64,000 nt of DNA from Octopus bimaculoides. Lineage: Eukaryota. The notes below the pieces were generated by a model, which worked only from the letters and a program-made list of their open reading frames with translations, did no database searches and had not been told where the DNA came from. Positions 26,943 through 38,515 of this stretch are shown here, in pieces. The position numbers were made by a program, and so were the translations under genes. The first letter of the stretch is position 1; every line of letters starts with the position of its first letter. The stretch lies in contig NC_068986.1 in assembly GCF_001194135.2 (NCBI RefSeq), positions 73,971,048-74,035,047 of the forward strand, read 5' to 3'.

Positions 26943-27049
26943 CGTGCGTGTGAAAAACAGAGTGAAGCAGTTGTGTGCGTGTGGGTTGATAGGGAGAGAA
27001 ATAATTGCAAGTGTAAAACAGGAAGAATTTGTATGTATGAAAAGAATAA

Positions 27050-27400
27050 TTACATGGTAAGAAATTTGCTTCCTTACTACGTGGTTCCATGTTCAGTCCC
27101 ATTGCATGGCATCTTGAGCAAGATTCTTTTACTACAGCCCCAAGCCAACCTAAGTCTTGTGAGCAGATTTCGTAGATGGAAACTGAAAGAAGCCTTTATG
27201 TATGTCCACTACTACTGCTTGACAACTGGTGTTGTTTTGTTTATGTTCCCATAACTTAGCAGTTCAGCAAAAGAGCCTGCTAGAATAAGTACCAGGCTTT
27301 AAAAATAACCTCAGAGGTTGATTTGTTTTGGTTAATCCTTCAAGGTGGTGTCACATCATGACTGCAATCCAATAACAGAAATACGTAAAAGATGAAAGAT
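27050..27400 (+). mobile_element. SINE family A copy
   Basis: Contains catggtaagaaatttgct...gttcagtccc...gatggaaactgaaagaagcc...aataagtaccaggctt. Confidence 0.7.
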
Positions 27401-27574
27401 ATGTGTGTCTGTTACCAATCTGAGTTTACCAATTTCTAATTCTATCATCTATATCAGTGTTTCTCAATCATTTTTTTTTTTTTTTACCTAAAACCCTTTT
27501 GGTTCCTATTTCACTTGGATGGATCACCCCACAAGCCATTAGATGTTTTAAAAAAATCATGTTATATTTTTAGA

Positions 27575-27958
27575 GGAGGCGCAATGGCCCAGTGGTTAGG
27601 GCAGCGGACTCATGGTCATAGGATCGTGGTTTCGATTCCCAGACCGGGCGTTGTGAGTGTTTATTGAGCGAAAACACCTAAAGCTCCACGAGGCTCCGGC
27701 AGGGGATGGTGGCGAACCCTGCTGTACTCTTTCACCACAACTTTCTCTCACTCTTACTTCTTGTTTCTGTTGTGCCTGTAATTCAAAGAGTCAGCCTTGT
27801 CACACTCTGTGTCACGTTGAATCTCCCCAAGAACTACATTAAGGGTACACGTGTCTGTGGAGTGCTCAGCCACTTGCACGTTAATTTCACAAGCAGACTG
27901 TTCCGTTGATTGGATCAACTGGAATCCTCGACGTCATAAGCGACAGAGTGCCAACAAC
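27575..27958 (+). mobile_element. Young full-length tRNA-derived SINE (384 bp)
   Basis: Head ggaggcgcaatggcccagtggttagg (A box) and ggtttcgattccc (B box). It is CpG-rich, ends in a (CAA)n tail, and has an 11-bp TSD atatttttaga at 27564-27574 and 27959-27969. Confidence 0.92.
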
Positions 27959-27968
27959 ATATTTTTAG

Positions 27969-28076
27969 AATTAAATATTATTAGGAATTGTATTAAATTA
28001 AATATTATTAGGAATTGTATTAAATTAAATATTATTAGGAATTGTATTAAATTAAATATTATTAGGAATTGTATAA
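27969..28076. repeat. 27-bp tandem repeat, 4 copies
   Basis: Unit aattaaatattattaggaattgtatta. Three copies are identical and the fourth differs only at its 3' end. Confidence 0.95.
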
Positions 28077-28489
28077 AAAAAATTGTTAAAATATTTTGCG
28101 TATTGTAGGATTATAACCAATTTATTGCAGATAAATTTTAATGATGAAATCTTATATGGACTCCCAAGGGCCATACAGGCCCTGGTTGAGAACCACTGAT
28201 CTATATAATCATTTTTTTCTTTCTAATCTTCCTTTCACATTCTCTCCCACTTCATCTGTTACTTCTTGCTTCCATAGTGAACAAACCTTACATTTTTCTA
28301 AGGAAGGGAAATAAGTAACATCATGGTTTTCTGACTTTTAGGACATCAGTGATACAAATGAAAAACTGAAATGTTATTACAGCTACTAGGACACTCAAAA
28401 TGAAAGAAAAAAAATGGATTTAATGGAAATGTTATTTCATATGCTTTCTTACACATAATAATATAAAGAAAAACCTCTCAAAATAATCC

Positions 28490-29279
28490 TTTCTACTACA
28501 GGCACAAGACCTGAAATTTACGGGTGGGGGATAGTCGATTACATTGACCCCAGCACACAACTAGTACTTATTTTAGCGACCCTAAAAGAGTAAAAGGCAA
28601 AGCTGATCTCAGTGGAATTTGAACTCAGAATGTAAAGATGGGTGAAATACTTCCAAGCATTTTGCCCAGCATGCTAACAATTCTATCAGCTTGCCGTCTT
28701 AACCTCTCACAATAATAAGGGAAACTTCACCCTCCCTTTCATTTCTTATTAAACTCTCTTTCTCCTCCTCTCTTATTCCAAAAATAACTGTAGGTGGTAG
28801 CACCATCAGTCGCCAGTCAAATTTCCCATGTGAAACCAAGTTGCTTTGTTGATTTCTAGAATGCAGAAAACAATGCTTTCTTCTCATCTTATTTCTTGTA
28901 TCTCCTTAAATAACACATATAGCACCTCATATTAGAAAAATGGGAGTAACCATTCAGTAATGTAGTCCTAGATACACTTAAAGGATGAGATACTCATCAC
29001 TGGCAAGCAAGATTTGGTTAGGCTTAAACAACTTTTACTCTTTACGTATTTCTTTATTGCCCACAAGGGGCTAAACATAGAGGGGACAAACAAGGATAAA
29101 CAAAGGGATTAAGTCGATTACATCGACCCCAGTGCGTAACTGGTACTTATTTAATTGACCCCGAAAGGATGAAAGGCAAAGTCAACCTCGGCCGAATTTA
29201 AACTCAGAACGTAGCTGCAGAGGAAATACCGCTAAGCATTTCGCCCAGCATGCTAATGATTCTGCCAGCTCACCACCTT
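28490..29279 (-). mobile_element. Two SINE family B copies (about 28490-28700 and 29044-29279)
   Basis: The second copy is well preserved: gtcgattacatcgaccccagtgcgtaactggtac...gaaaggatgaaaggcaaagtcaacctcgg...tctgccagctcaccacctt. Confidence 0.85.
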
Positions 29280-30076
29280 CAAACTTTTACTCTTTACTGT
29301 TAATAAGATGATGCTCTGTGTTTTCAAAAGTGTCTTTCATATATTTTTTTTGTGTGTGTATCATCACCACCACCACCATCATCATCTCATCATCATCACC
29401 ATCATTACTATCATCACCATCATCATTATCATCATCAGTTTTCATGTCAGCATTGGTTATGTATACTATATATAATATCAAAAGTCTGTTTTTTCTCTAT
29501 GAGTGTTCCTTAATTTTAGGCTTAACTAGAGATTGCCACAATAAGATGTTTCTGTCTATGTTATCTTGCACAGAACTCCTTATGCTTGAAAATATTTCAA
29601 GTGTGTCCTGATCCCTAAACATCTCTCAAGAGAAGAATTTTGTTCATTATTATACCAACACATTTACAAAAATATGTCGCTTTTGCTGCTGATAAAGAAG
29701 AAAAAAGAACTTGCAGACAAGCATGCACAGACAGAACCACCCCCTCCACACACACACACACACATGTGCAAACATACATACACACAATGCTCAGACACAG
29801 AGAATGTTATCCATAACAATGACAAACATACAAATGATCACACATGCACAACCGCATACACACCACACACATACAACCAGACAAATAAACAAACACATTT
29901 CTAATGAATGCGTGTATTTAGATATTGGAAAAAATTTGAGAAATAAAATGTTTTTCATCTGTTTACATTAAAGCATTTTTTTAAAGTATCTTATGCAGTT
30001 TCATGATTTATGAATACAATCATTTTACTTGAATCTTTATACCTTTGCTCAATTTCTCTCTTACACACACAGTATA

Positions 30077-30127
<51 letters not shown>

Positions 30128-31469
30128 CTGGATAAGACACAACTGTATAGGAATGGTAGTTNNNNNNNNNNNNNNNNNNNNNNNNNNNNNNNNNNNNNNN
30201 NNNNNNNNNNNNNNNNNNNNNNNNNNNNNNNNNNNNNNNNNNNNNNNNNNNNNNNNNNNNNNNNNNNNNNNNNNNNNNNNNNNNNNNNNNNNNNNNNNNN
30301 NNNNNNNNNNNNNNNNNNNNNNNNNNNNNNNNNNNNNNNNNNNNNNNNNNNNNNNNNNNNNNNNNNNNNNNNNNNNNNNNNNNNNNNNNNNNNNNNNNNN
30401 NNNNNNNNNNNNNGTTGATTAAACCTACTATAAATAAAAAAAATCCCATGTAGCCATGTGCACACACACACACACACACACACATGCATATACACAGATA
30501 TATTGCATTTATGTTAATTCCACTTATAGTAGGTTTAATCAACCACAGGTAAAAATTATAAGAATTAAAATAACAGGTTTTATTGATTATAATCGATTAA
30601 ATTTTTTGTTTAAAGTAATAAATTTATACAGAGTTACCATGAATCTCATTCACCATGTGGGATGAGAAAGACAATAATAAAATGGACTCAAAAAAAAAGT
30701 TTCCTAATGAATGCCTCATTTCCTTGGCAATACTGGGTAGGTTTCCAGTTTATGTGCATGTATATATATATATATATATGAAGAGAGAGAGATAAGATAT
30801 ATATATATTTCTATATATGTGTGTGTATATATATGTGTGTAAGTTTGAAATTGTGTCTGAATATATATGTATGGATATGTTTTTGTATATATATATCCCT
30901 GATGAGTAAACATCACTTAGTTATAATGGCTGTCTTGGGAAAAGTGTGTGCGTGTATGTGTACCTGTGTGTATATGTATGTGTGTGCACCTCTGTGTGCG
31001 TATATATATGTGTGTGTATATGTATATATATAACTACAAGACTGGCACCATTGTTTACAATGAATATCTTATTAACATTACATAAAGAAACTGTTTGCCT
31101 TCTTCTGCTCACCCTGTATCTCTCTTAATATTACTACAAAACTTTTATACTGATATATATTTTTATACACTCTAAAACTTTGTGTGTGTGTAAAGCATGC
31201 TAGTATGGAAAAATGGATCTTAAGACAAATAAGTAATGCACATACACAAATACTTACCTACACATATAAGTGAATGTTTGTGTGTGAGCAAATGCTTAGA
31301 AGTAAAATGGATGGTTTTATTGAGAAAAGATTTTGCAGCTGATGATTAAAAATTAGTAATCAGCCTCACTGACCAGATTGCTGGAAATGGTTGTACAGTT
31401 TAAGTGTGTTTAAACTTCTAAACTTAAACTGTGATATTATTCCTTAGAAGAAACTGAAATAAAGAATTA

Positions 31470-31830
31470 GCCTTGGCTGTGTGGTAAGAAGCTTGCTTCT
31501 CAGTCACATGGTTCTGGGTTCTCTCCTACTATGTGACACCTTGGGCAAGTGTCTTCTATTATAGTCTCAGGCTGACTAAAGCCTTGTGAGTTGATTTGTT
31601 TGACGGAAACTGAAAGAAGCCCATTTTATGTGTGTGTGTGTTTGTGTCTGTGTCTTTTGTCCCCCACCACCATCTAGTGTATTTACGTCCGCATAATTTG
31701 GCAGTCTGGCAAAAGTGACTGCTTGAATAAGTACCAGGCTTAACAAAAAATAAGTACTGGGGGTCAACTAAAAATTCTTTGGAGCAGTGCTCCAGCATGA
31801 CCACAGTCTAATGACTGAAACAAGTAAAAG
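31470..31830 (+). mobile_element. SINE family A copy
   Basis: Contains ggctgtgtggtaagaagcttgcttctcagtcacatggttctgggttc...gactgaaacaagtaaaag. Confidence 0.8.
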
Positions 31831-31894
31831 ACAGAAGATAAAAGAAATAAATTAAAGGACTTCTCTCATACATTTGTATGTGTGTGTGTGTATT

Positions 31895-32235
31895 CTTCTT
31901 GACTTGGCTTCACGAGTGAAGATTTACAGGAGGGATATTCATGTCTGTTGCAAGCTTACTGATGCTCAGTGAGTCCAGTTCAAGACAGACAGGTATGACT
32001 GCAGTGGCTGCAAGAGAAGGAAGGCTGATCAAGCTGATTGCAATGTCTTTGTTTTTTTCCTCCTTTTTCTCAAGTCTGCAAGGATAGCTCTGTGGGTGCC
32101 TTGAAAGAAGGCTGTTACCAGGTAGACATTGAAATACCAGGCTTCATGGCCAGAGACAAGAATAGACCACTGGTGATGATCAGAGTGGCAGGCACTTAAG
32201 GATTTCATCAAAAAGTCCACTGAAAAGGCACACAC
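31895..32235 (-). mobile_element. RTE/BovB-like LINE 3' end
   Basis: The minus strand reads KSLSACHSDHHQWSILVS...LADLRKRRKK, then FSCSHCSHTCLS*TGLTEHQ*AC, the terminal CxxC...H motif of RTE ORFs. Confidence 0.7.
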
Positions 32236-32472
32236 TAAAAGAAAAATTAGAGTGGTTATATTCTTATATTGTTGAGCACTTTTTCTTTTTATTTCAGTTC
32301 TCTTTTTATTATCAACACTGAACAGTTGAGGACTGCATATTTACCTCCAGTACAAAGGTGGGTAAGCATTTCCTGCCAGCATATCTGAAGACTAGTGCAA
32401 TAGACAGCTCAAAGCCAGTGGTAACAGTCTGATCAATTACATACTATAACCAGAAATATACTGTTTGGCAAG

Positions 32473-32504
<32 letters not shown>

Positions 32505-32547
32505 CCTCTCTCTTAGCATCTGCTGTCCATGGTGGCATGGGTTGGAC

Positions 32548-32579
<32 letters not shown>

Positions 32580-32989
32580 ATATAGGGATTAATAAGGGAT
32601 TGGTAATCCAGGAAAAATACATCAGGCTAACGAATAAATCCTGTGATTGGCATTTTATCCCAGGAACTCCTAGTTCCATTACCAAGTTGAGATGGTTTGT
32701 TGTTATAGAGTGATACAGAAAATAGACAGAAATGGTGGGTTAAATACATTTGTTTATATATATATATATATATACATATTGAGAGAGAGAGAGAGAGAGA
32801 GGGAGAGAGAGGATAGATAACAGATGAAAAAAATGAGACAATTCATGAAACAGAGAGCTTAGATTATTTATAGTTGAGAAGCTACATCAGTGAATTGAGG
32901 GTCTAGAGTTTTGTGTCAAATCCCACTTACATATACGTGCACATGGATACAAAGAAACATACACATGCTTGTATGTGTACACACACGCT

Positions 32990-33053
<64 letters not shown>

Positions 33054-33508
33054 CATGTACATTCATACACGCTTACATATTGTATTTTTTATTGAATTAC
33101 CCACTCTCCTCTATTTGGCAACTACAAACTTGATAACAATATCAAATGCATGAGTTAACTTGAAGTTTTCTCATTCTGGGACCAGGTTCTGCTTGAAAGA
33201 ACCTGAAACTGTACCAAGGGAGAACTGAAGAGAGAAAATTTGACAATTTTACAATTAATCAATAGTTATTTTGATGTGTCAGTTAGTACAAAGTAACATA
33301 AGGGAAAAATAAATCACCTGTTATTTCACATTATTTTTGTATTATAGTGAATAAATGGCTATTTAGTAAGGAAGTCCACTCCATTACTAGGGAGAGACTG
33401 GCTTAAGTTACATGTACAACACATTGGTCAAATATCCCTTTTCTATAATAATAAATGTGAAAGCGAATGTCAGTGTGTCACACTTTTTCAACTTTACTCC
33501 TCTGACCT

Positions 33509-33637
33509 CCTCTCTCACTATTCAATGATACTTCTACTATTCCTCATACTTTAACCCTCTCTCACTATTCAATGACACTTCTACTATTCCTCATGCTTTA
33601 CCCCTCTCTCACTATTCAATGACTCTTCTACTCTTCT
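33509..33637. repeat. 47-bp tandem repeat, about 2.7 copies
   Basis: cctctctcactattcaatga... starts at 33509, 33556 and 33603. Confidence 0.9.
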
Positions 33638-33905
33638 AAATTCTTGGTTTTTTCTTAATCCAAACATTTTGAAAAAAATATTTCTCTAAATATTATAACT
33701 ATTTCCAAAAGTAATTTCCAAAATAAATATTTTGAAAAAATCTTTCTCTAAATATTATAACTGTATCAAGTAATTTAACCATAACATGTGCTTCATAACG
33801 TTCAGAACTGAAATACATATCAAACTTCCTCTCTCACACAATATTACCTTTCATAACTCTCTACCACAAAAATGTTGGAAACTTAAAAGATTCTTATAGA
33901 TTCTT

Positions 33906-34064
33906 ATAAGGAAATGATTGTATTCTCAAACGCAGGACAATGCTAATAATATAGCATGGACAGGATAAACTATCCATATTTTGCAGAAAAATATGGATAG
34001 TTTATCCTGTCCATGCTATATTATTTGCATTACCCTGCGTTTGAGAATACAATCATTTCCTTAT
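33906..34064. repeat. 159-bp near-perfect palindrome (77-bp arms, 5-nt loop)
   Basis: ataaggaaatgattgtattctcaaacgcagg...ccatatttt-gcaga-aaaatatgg...cctgcgtttgagaatacaatcatttccttat. I count 3 mismatches between the arms. Confidence 0.95.
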
Positions 34065-35092
34065 CTGTATCTTTCAATACATCTCAATGCTTCTAAAGCA
34101 AACTTCGTTTGTTGACTTTCAACATAAGCTGAATTTAATGTTGGAAACTTAGTATTTTTTCAGATATTAATAAAATTTGTCAGATCTATTTTCATGTTGT
34201 TGGCCATCGGAGCTATAGAAACTTAGTTCACTCCAATTGCATGAAAAATAGATTTGACTAATTTTATTATTACCTTTAAAAAAATATTAAAAAATACTAA
34301 ATTTCAAACATCTTTATGGTCAAATATAATTAGAGCAATTCCAAACCATAAAAATCGCACTTTAAAATAGTGTTTAGTGAAAGTAGTATAATTTTTCTTC
34401 AAACTACAAACAGGAGTTTAGATACGTACCAGCTACTACAAATAATTGTTTGTGCGAAAAGTAAGGCCTTACGTACATCAAATTGTCTTTAAATTAAGTG
34501 GCAGCAGAAGAATTATCATTGAACTTTTAAAAGTTTATTGTTGCCTACGGCCAGCTATAAGTTGGTTGTTCAAGGGTAGGAAATGGAAACAAGTTATTTC
34601 TACTGACTTTGAATGTTATTTATCATGCAGCTTTGCAATAAGTTCCAAGTCAACGAATTATATCATTGTTTTGATGAAAATTGTTCATTGCTTGAAAAAT
34701 ATTGTTCAACTTTAATAAAATTTAATATGTACTCAATAATGCATGAAGTGTCATTATTGGGCCCAAGGCCCAATGAAGAGCTCTCCATAGGATCTAACTT
34801 AAAAATAGGGTTGACTAACAGCTTGTGAGTAAAATTTGGCAGATGAGAACTGGTCAGAAGCCAATCGCTTATCTGTTTAAGTGTGTGTGTGTGTGTTAGT
34901 GTGTGTGTTGGAGGGAGTTGGGTGATGAAAATCAGCATATGTGGTATTAAGGTCCATTTTGGTTACCTCCCTTTACACATTTTGTGGTCAATAAAATGAA
35001 TATCAGGTAAAGGATATATACTTTACTAAAACCCTTTAAAGCTAGCACCTCAGTATGTCTGCAGTCCAGTGATAGAAACCAGTAAAAGAAGA

Positions 35093-35124
<32 letters not shown>

Positions 35125-35918
35125 NNNNNNNNNNNNNNNNNNNNNNNNNNNNNNNNNNNNNNNNNNNNNNNNNNNNNNNNNNNNNNNNNNNNNNNNNNNN
35201 NNNNNNNNNNNNNNNNNNNNNNNNNNNNNNNNNNNNNNNNNNNNNNNNNNNNNNNNNNNNNNNNNNNNNNNNNNNNNNNNNNNNNNNNNNNNNNNNNNNN
35301 NNNNNNNNNNNNNNNNNNNNNNNNNNNNNNNNNNNNNNNNNNNNNNNNNNNNNNNNNNNNNNNNNNNNNNNNNNNNNNNNNNNNNNNNNNNNNNNNNNNN
35401 NNNNNNNNNNNNNNNNNNNNNNNNNNNNNNNNNNNNNNNNNNNNNNNNNNNNNNNNNNNNNNNNNNNNNNNNNNNNNNNNNNNNNNNNNNNNNNNNNNNN
35501 NNNNNNNNNNNNNNNNNNNNNNNNNNNNNNNNNNNNNNNNNNNNNNNNNNNNNNNNNNNNNNNNNNNNNNNNNNNNNNNNNNNNNNNNNNNNNNNNNNNN
35601 NNNNNNNNNNNNNNNNNNNNNNNNNNNNNNNNNNNNNNNNNNNNNNNNNNNNNNNNNNNNNNNNNNNNNNNNNNNNNNNNNNNNNNNNNNNNNNNNNNNN
35701 NNNNNNNNNNNNNNNNNNNNNNNNNNNNNNNNNNNNNNNNNCTTTATCCTAGACAGGACTGTTGGCCCTTCATGAATCCATTTTTATCTCTGAAAAGAGG
35801 CAGTCCATATTCGCTTGCCCCCCCACCCCCATCATTTGACACATCCAGTGTGGGAGACTTTACTCAGGGCTTTTGTTCTGCTGGCATAGCTCTCTGAATA
35901 TGTGTATGAGTTTGTATA

Positions 35919-35962
<44 letters not shown>

Positions 35963-36095
35963 GATATATCTATGTATATAATGGAAGAATTTTACCAAAA
36001 ACAATGTTCAATATAGCAACAACAACAGTAGCATCATATTTTTTGTTACTCTGTTTTCGGTTTTTTTTTGTTATGATTTTTTCTACAATAATAAC

Positions 36096-36142
<47 letters not shown>

Positions 36143-36370
36143 ATGTTTGGCTTCTGTTTTGTATTTGTACAAGTTGACTCCAAATCTCACCCAGAGATCT
36201 CAAGAGACAAGCTAGAAGTTCAGGTTGGTGTTATGACTAGGGTGCTAGATTTTTGGTTTTGTACAAAGTATTGTTCTAGAGAATGTCTGTCAAAACAAGA
36301 AAATTAGAAGTTTGTTTAAAAAGTACTTTGATTATAAGATGATAGTGTGATATTAAGATGACAGTAAAAG

Positions 36371-36412
<42 letters not shown>

Positions 36413-36413
36413 T

Positions 36414-37280
36414 AAGGTGGTGAGCTGGCATAATTGTTAGCACACCAGGCAAAATGCTTAGCAGTATTTAGTCTGCGGCTACATTCTGAGTTCAAATTCC
36501 GGTGGTAAACCAGCAGAATCGTTAGCATGCCAGGTGAATTGCTTAGTAGTATTTCCGGATCTTTTTTAAAACGGGGGCCACATTTTTCATTAACGAAACA
36601 CTTTGAAACTTGGAACACTGGTAGAATGTGTCATATAAAACATCTTTTTCTCTAAGTCTTCTTTAAAAAAAAAGAAATCCATAAATTATTCCATGTTAAA
36701 GTTGTCGTATTTCTGTAATTTCAACCAATCACTGACGTCCATTCAGCCGATATACATTAAGTGCCGACTACATAAACAAACGATTCTGAAACAATTAATC
36801 CTAACCCTAACCCTAACCCTAGGGTTAGGGTTAGGGTTAAAGCAAATTTAAAATGAAAAAAGCAAATAAAACGAAGAATCGTTTGTTTATGTAGTCGGCA
36901 CTTAATGTATATCGACTGAATGGACGTCAGTGATTGGTTGAAATTATCGAAATAAGACAATTTTTTACATGAAATAAATTCGAATACAAAAATATTTTTC
37001 TGTTCTATAACACAAAATAGATAAGTATACAAAGTTTGAAAGTCTTTCCGTACCAAAAACACTACGTAAAACATTAATGAAAAATGTGGCCCCCGTTTTA
37101 AAAAAAGATCCGTATTTCCTCTGTCGCTATGTTCTCAGTTCAAATTCTGCTGAAGTCAACTTAGCCTTTCATTCTTTCAGGGTCAATTGAATTAGTACCA
37201 GTTATGCACTGGGTTTGATGTAATCGAATTACCATCTCCCTCAAAATTTCAGGCCTTGTGCCTATAGGAGAAAGGATTAT
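36414..37280 (+). mobile_element. SINE family B (double head) interrupted by a DNA element
   Basis: Head 1 is at about 36414-36500 and head 2 starts at about 36501. Head 2 is split at gtatttcc and resumes at 37112 (...gttctcagttcaaattc...). Confidence 0.85.
36557..37111. mobile_element. 555-bp non-autonomous fold-back DNA transposon (GG termini, 8-bp TSD; Merlin- or MULE-like) with an internal telomere-repeat palindrome
   Basis: TIRs of about 37 bp, ggatcttttttaaaacgggggccacatttttcattaa (1 indel). TSD gtatttcc at 36549-36556 and 37112-37119. Inner 72-bp inverted repeat at 36716-36787 and 36875-36946 (1 mismatch). (TAACCC)3T-A(GGGTTA)3 at 36802-36839. Confidence 0.92.
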
Positions 37281-38037
37281 TATTATTATTATTATTATTA
37301 TTATTTGTTATATTTTCTTTTTATCTCCATCTTGTTATTCATTTTTCCGATGACAAAATATAACTGATTGAGGTATACAACCTGCCATTCCACAAAGACT
37401 GGAGCTTGTGACGGTATAGCAAAACATGGGCAGTCACTGTTTTCAAATGCTAGGAAGGATAAATTGATCTCACAGTGAAGTCCTCATTTACATTCTGGAT
37501 ACTGAAATGATAGATGTTGGTACTCTTCAAATGTTGTGAAGTAAATTTAGTCTCTAAAGTGTCTACCAGAGTCCTTGTAAAACTTCGAATTTAAACAGTT
37601 TTGAAACAGAATTATGCAGAGTTATGTTCTGAAACAACAGAAGCTCATTCTTTCTCCAGAAGACTGGATCAGAAAGTAGGCCTTATTTGAGGTTTTCAAA
37701 TGTGTGTAATCTTTAAGCTTTTTACATAAACCACAGCTTCATTTTAACTTACGTGTCCTGTGATAAGAATTTCTTAAATTGGTATATTGTTACCAAATTC
37801 CACTCACAAGACATCCATCATCCTCAGGTTACACTGGAAGGTATTTACTTAAGGTGCCAAACAATGGGGTTGAAACAGAAGCTATGTGGTTGTGAAGTGA
37901 ACTAATTAACCTCACAGTAAAACATACATACGCTCATCTACAAATATGTGTATTTACATATATTTATGAAGAAATTCGAATATGTATGTACGTGTGTATA
38001 TGCATGTAATTCTGAATACATGTATGAGTTTGAGTAT

Positions 38038-38074
<37 letters not shown>

Positions 38075-38482
38075 GATTTATCTATGTATATGATTGAAGA
38101 ATTTTACCAAAAACAATGTTCAATATAGCAACAACAACAACATTGTATTTTTTGTTATTCTCTTTTCTGTTTTTTACATTATGATTTTTTCCTACCATAA
38201 TAGAAATAATAATAATAATGATAATAATGATAACAATTTGGTGGTGTTGTTGTTATTATTATTATTTTTTTTTATCTCCATCTTGTTGTTCACTTTTCCT
38301 ATGACAAAATATAACTGATTCTGTTCATTGAAGACAAAAAAAAAGGAGAAAGAAATACAAAAATGACATAAATCAATAAGTTATATGGATTATATAAACA
38401 TTATCAGTGTGTTTTCTATTGTTCATAGGAAAACTTTATAGAATGAATATTTAATTTCTGTGGTTTTTTTGTTCTATATATA

Positions 38483-38515
<33 letters not shown>

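Larger units (their letters stand above)
27455..28198. mobile_element. Non-autonomous hAT-type MITE carrying a SINE insertion
   Basis: TIRs cagtgtttctcaa and ttgagaaccactg (hAT CAGTG-type ends). A perfect 8-bp TSD, atctatat, lies at 27447-27454 and 28199-28206. Confidence 0.9.

Noticed and set aside
27575-27650. tRNA gene
   Set aside because: The A/B boxes continue into a SINE body with a (CAA)n tail and a TSD; it is a SINE head. The same applies to the other tRNA-like heads.
32298-32361. Candidate + strand exon with good AG/GT signals (SLFIINTEQLRTAYLPPVQRW)
   Set aside because: There is no similarity to the expected next PLEKHH exon, and such signal pairs arise by chance in AT-rich introns. 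RNA-seq would be needed.
36802-36839. Telomeric palindrome as a chromosome-fusion scar
   Set aside because: The polarity is CCCTAA then TTAGGG (a fusion gives the reverse), there are only 3+3 units, and it lies inside a TIR element with a TSD.
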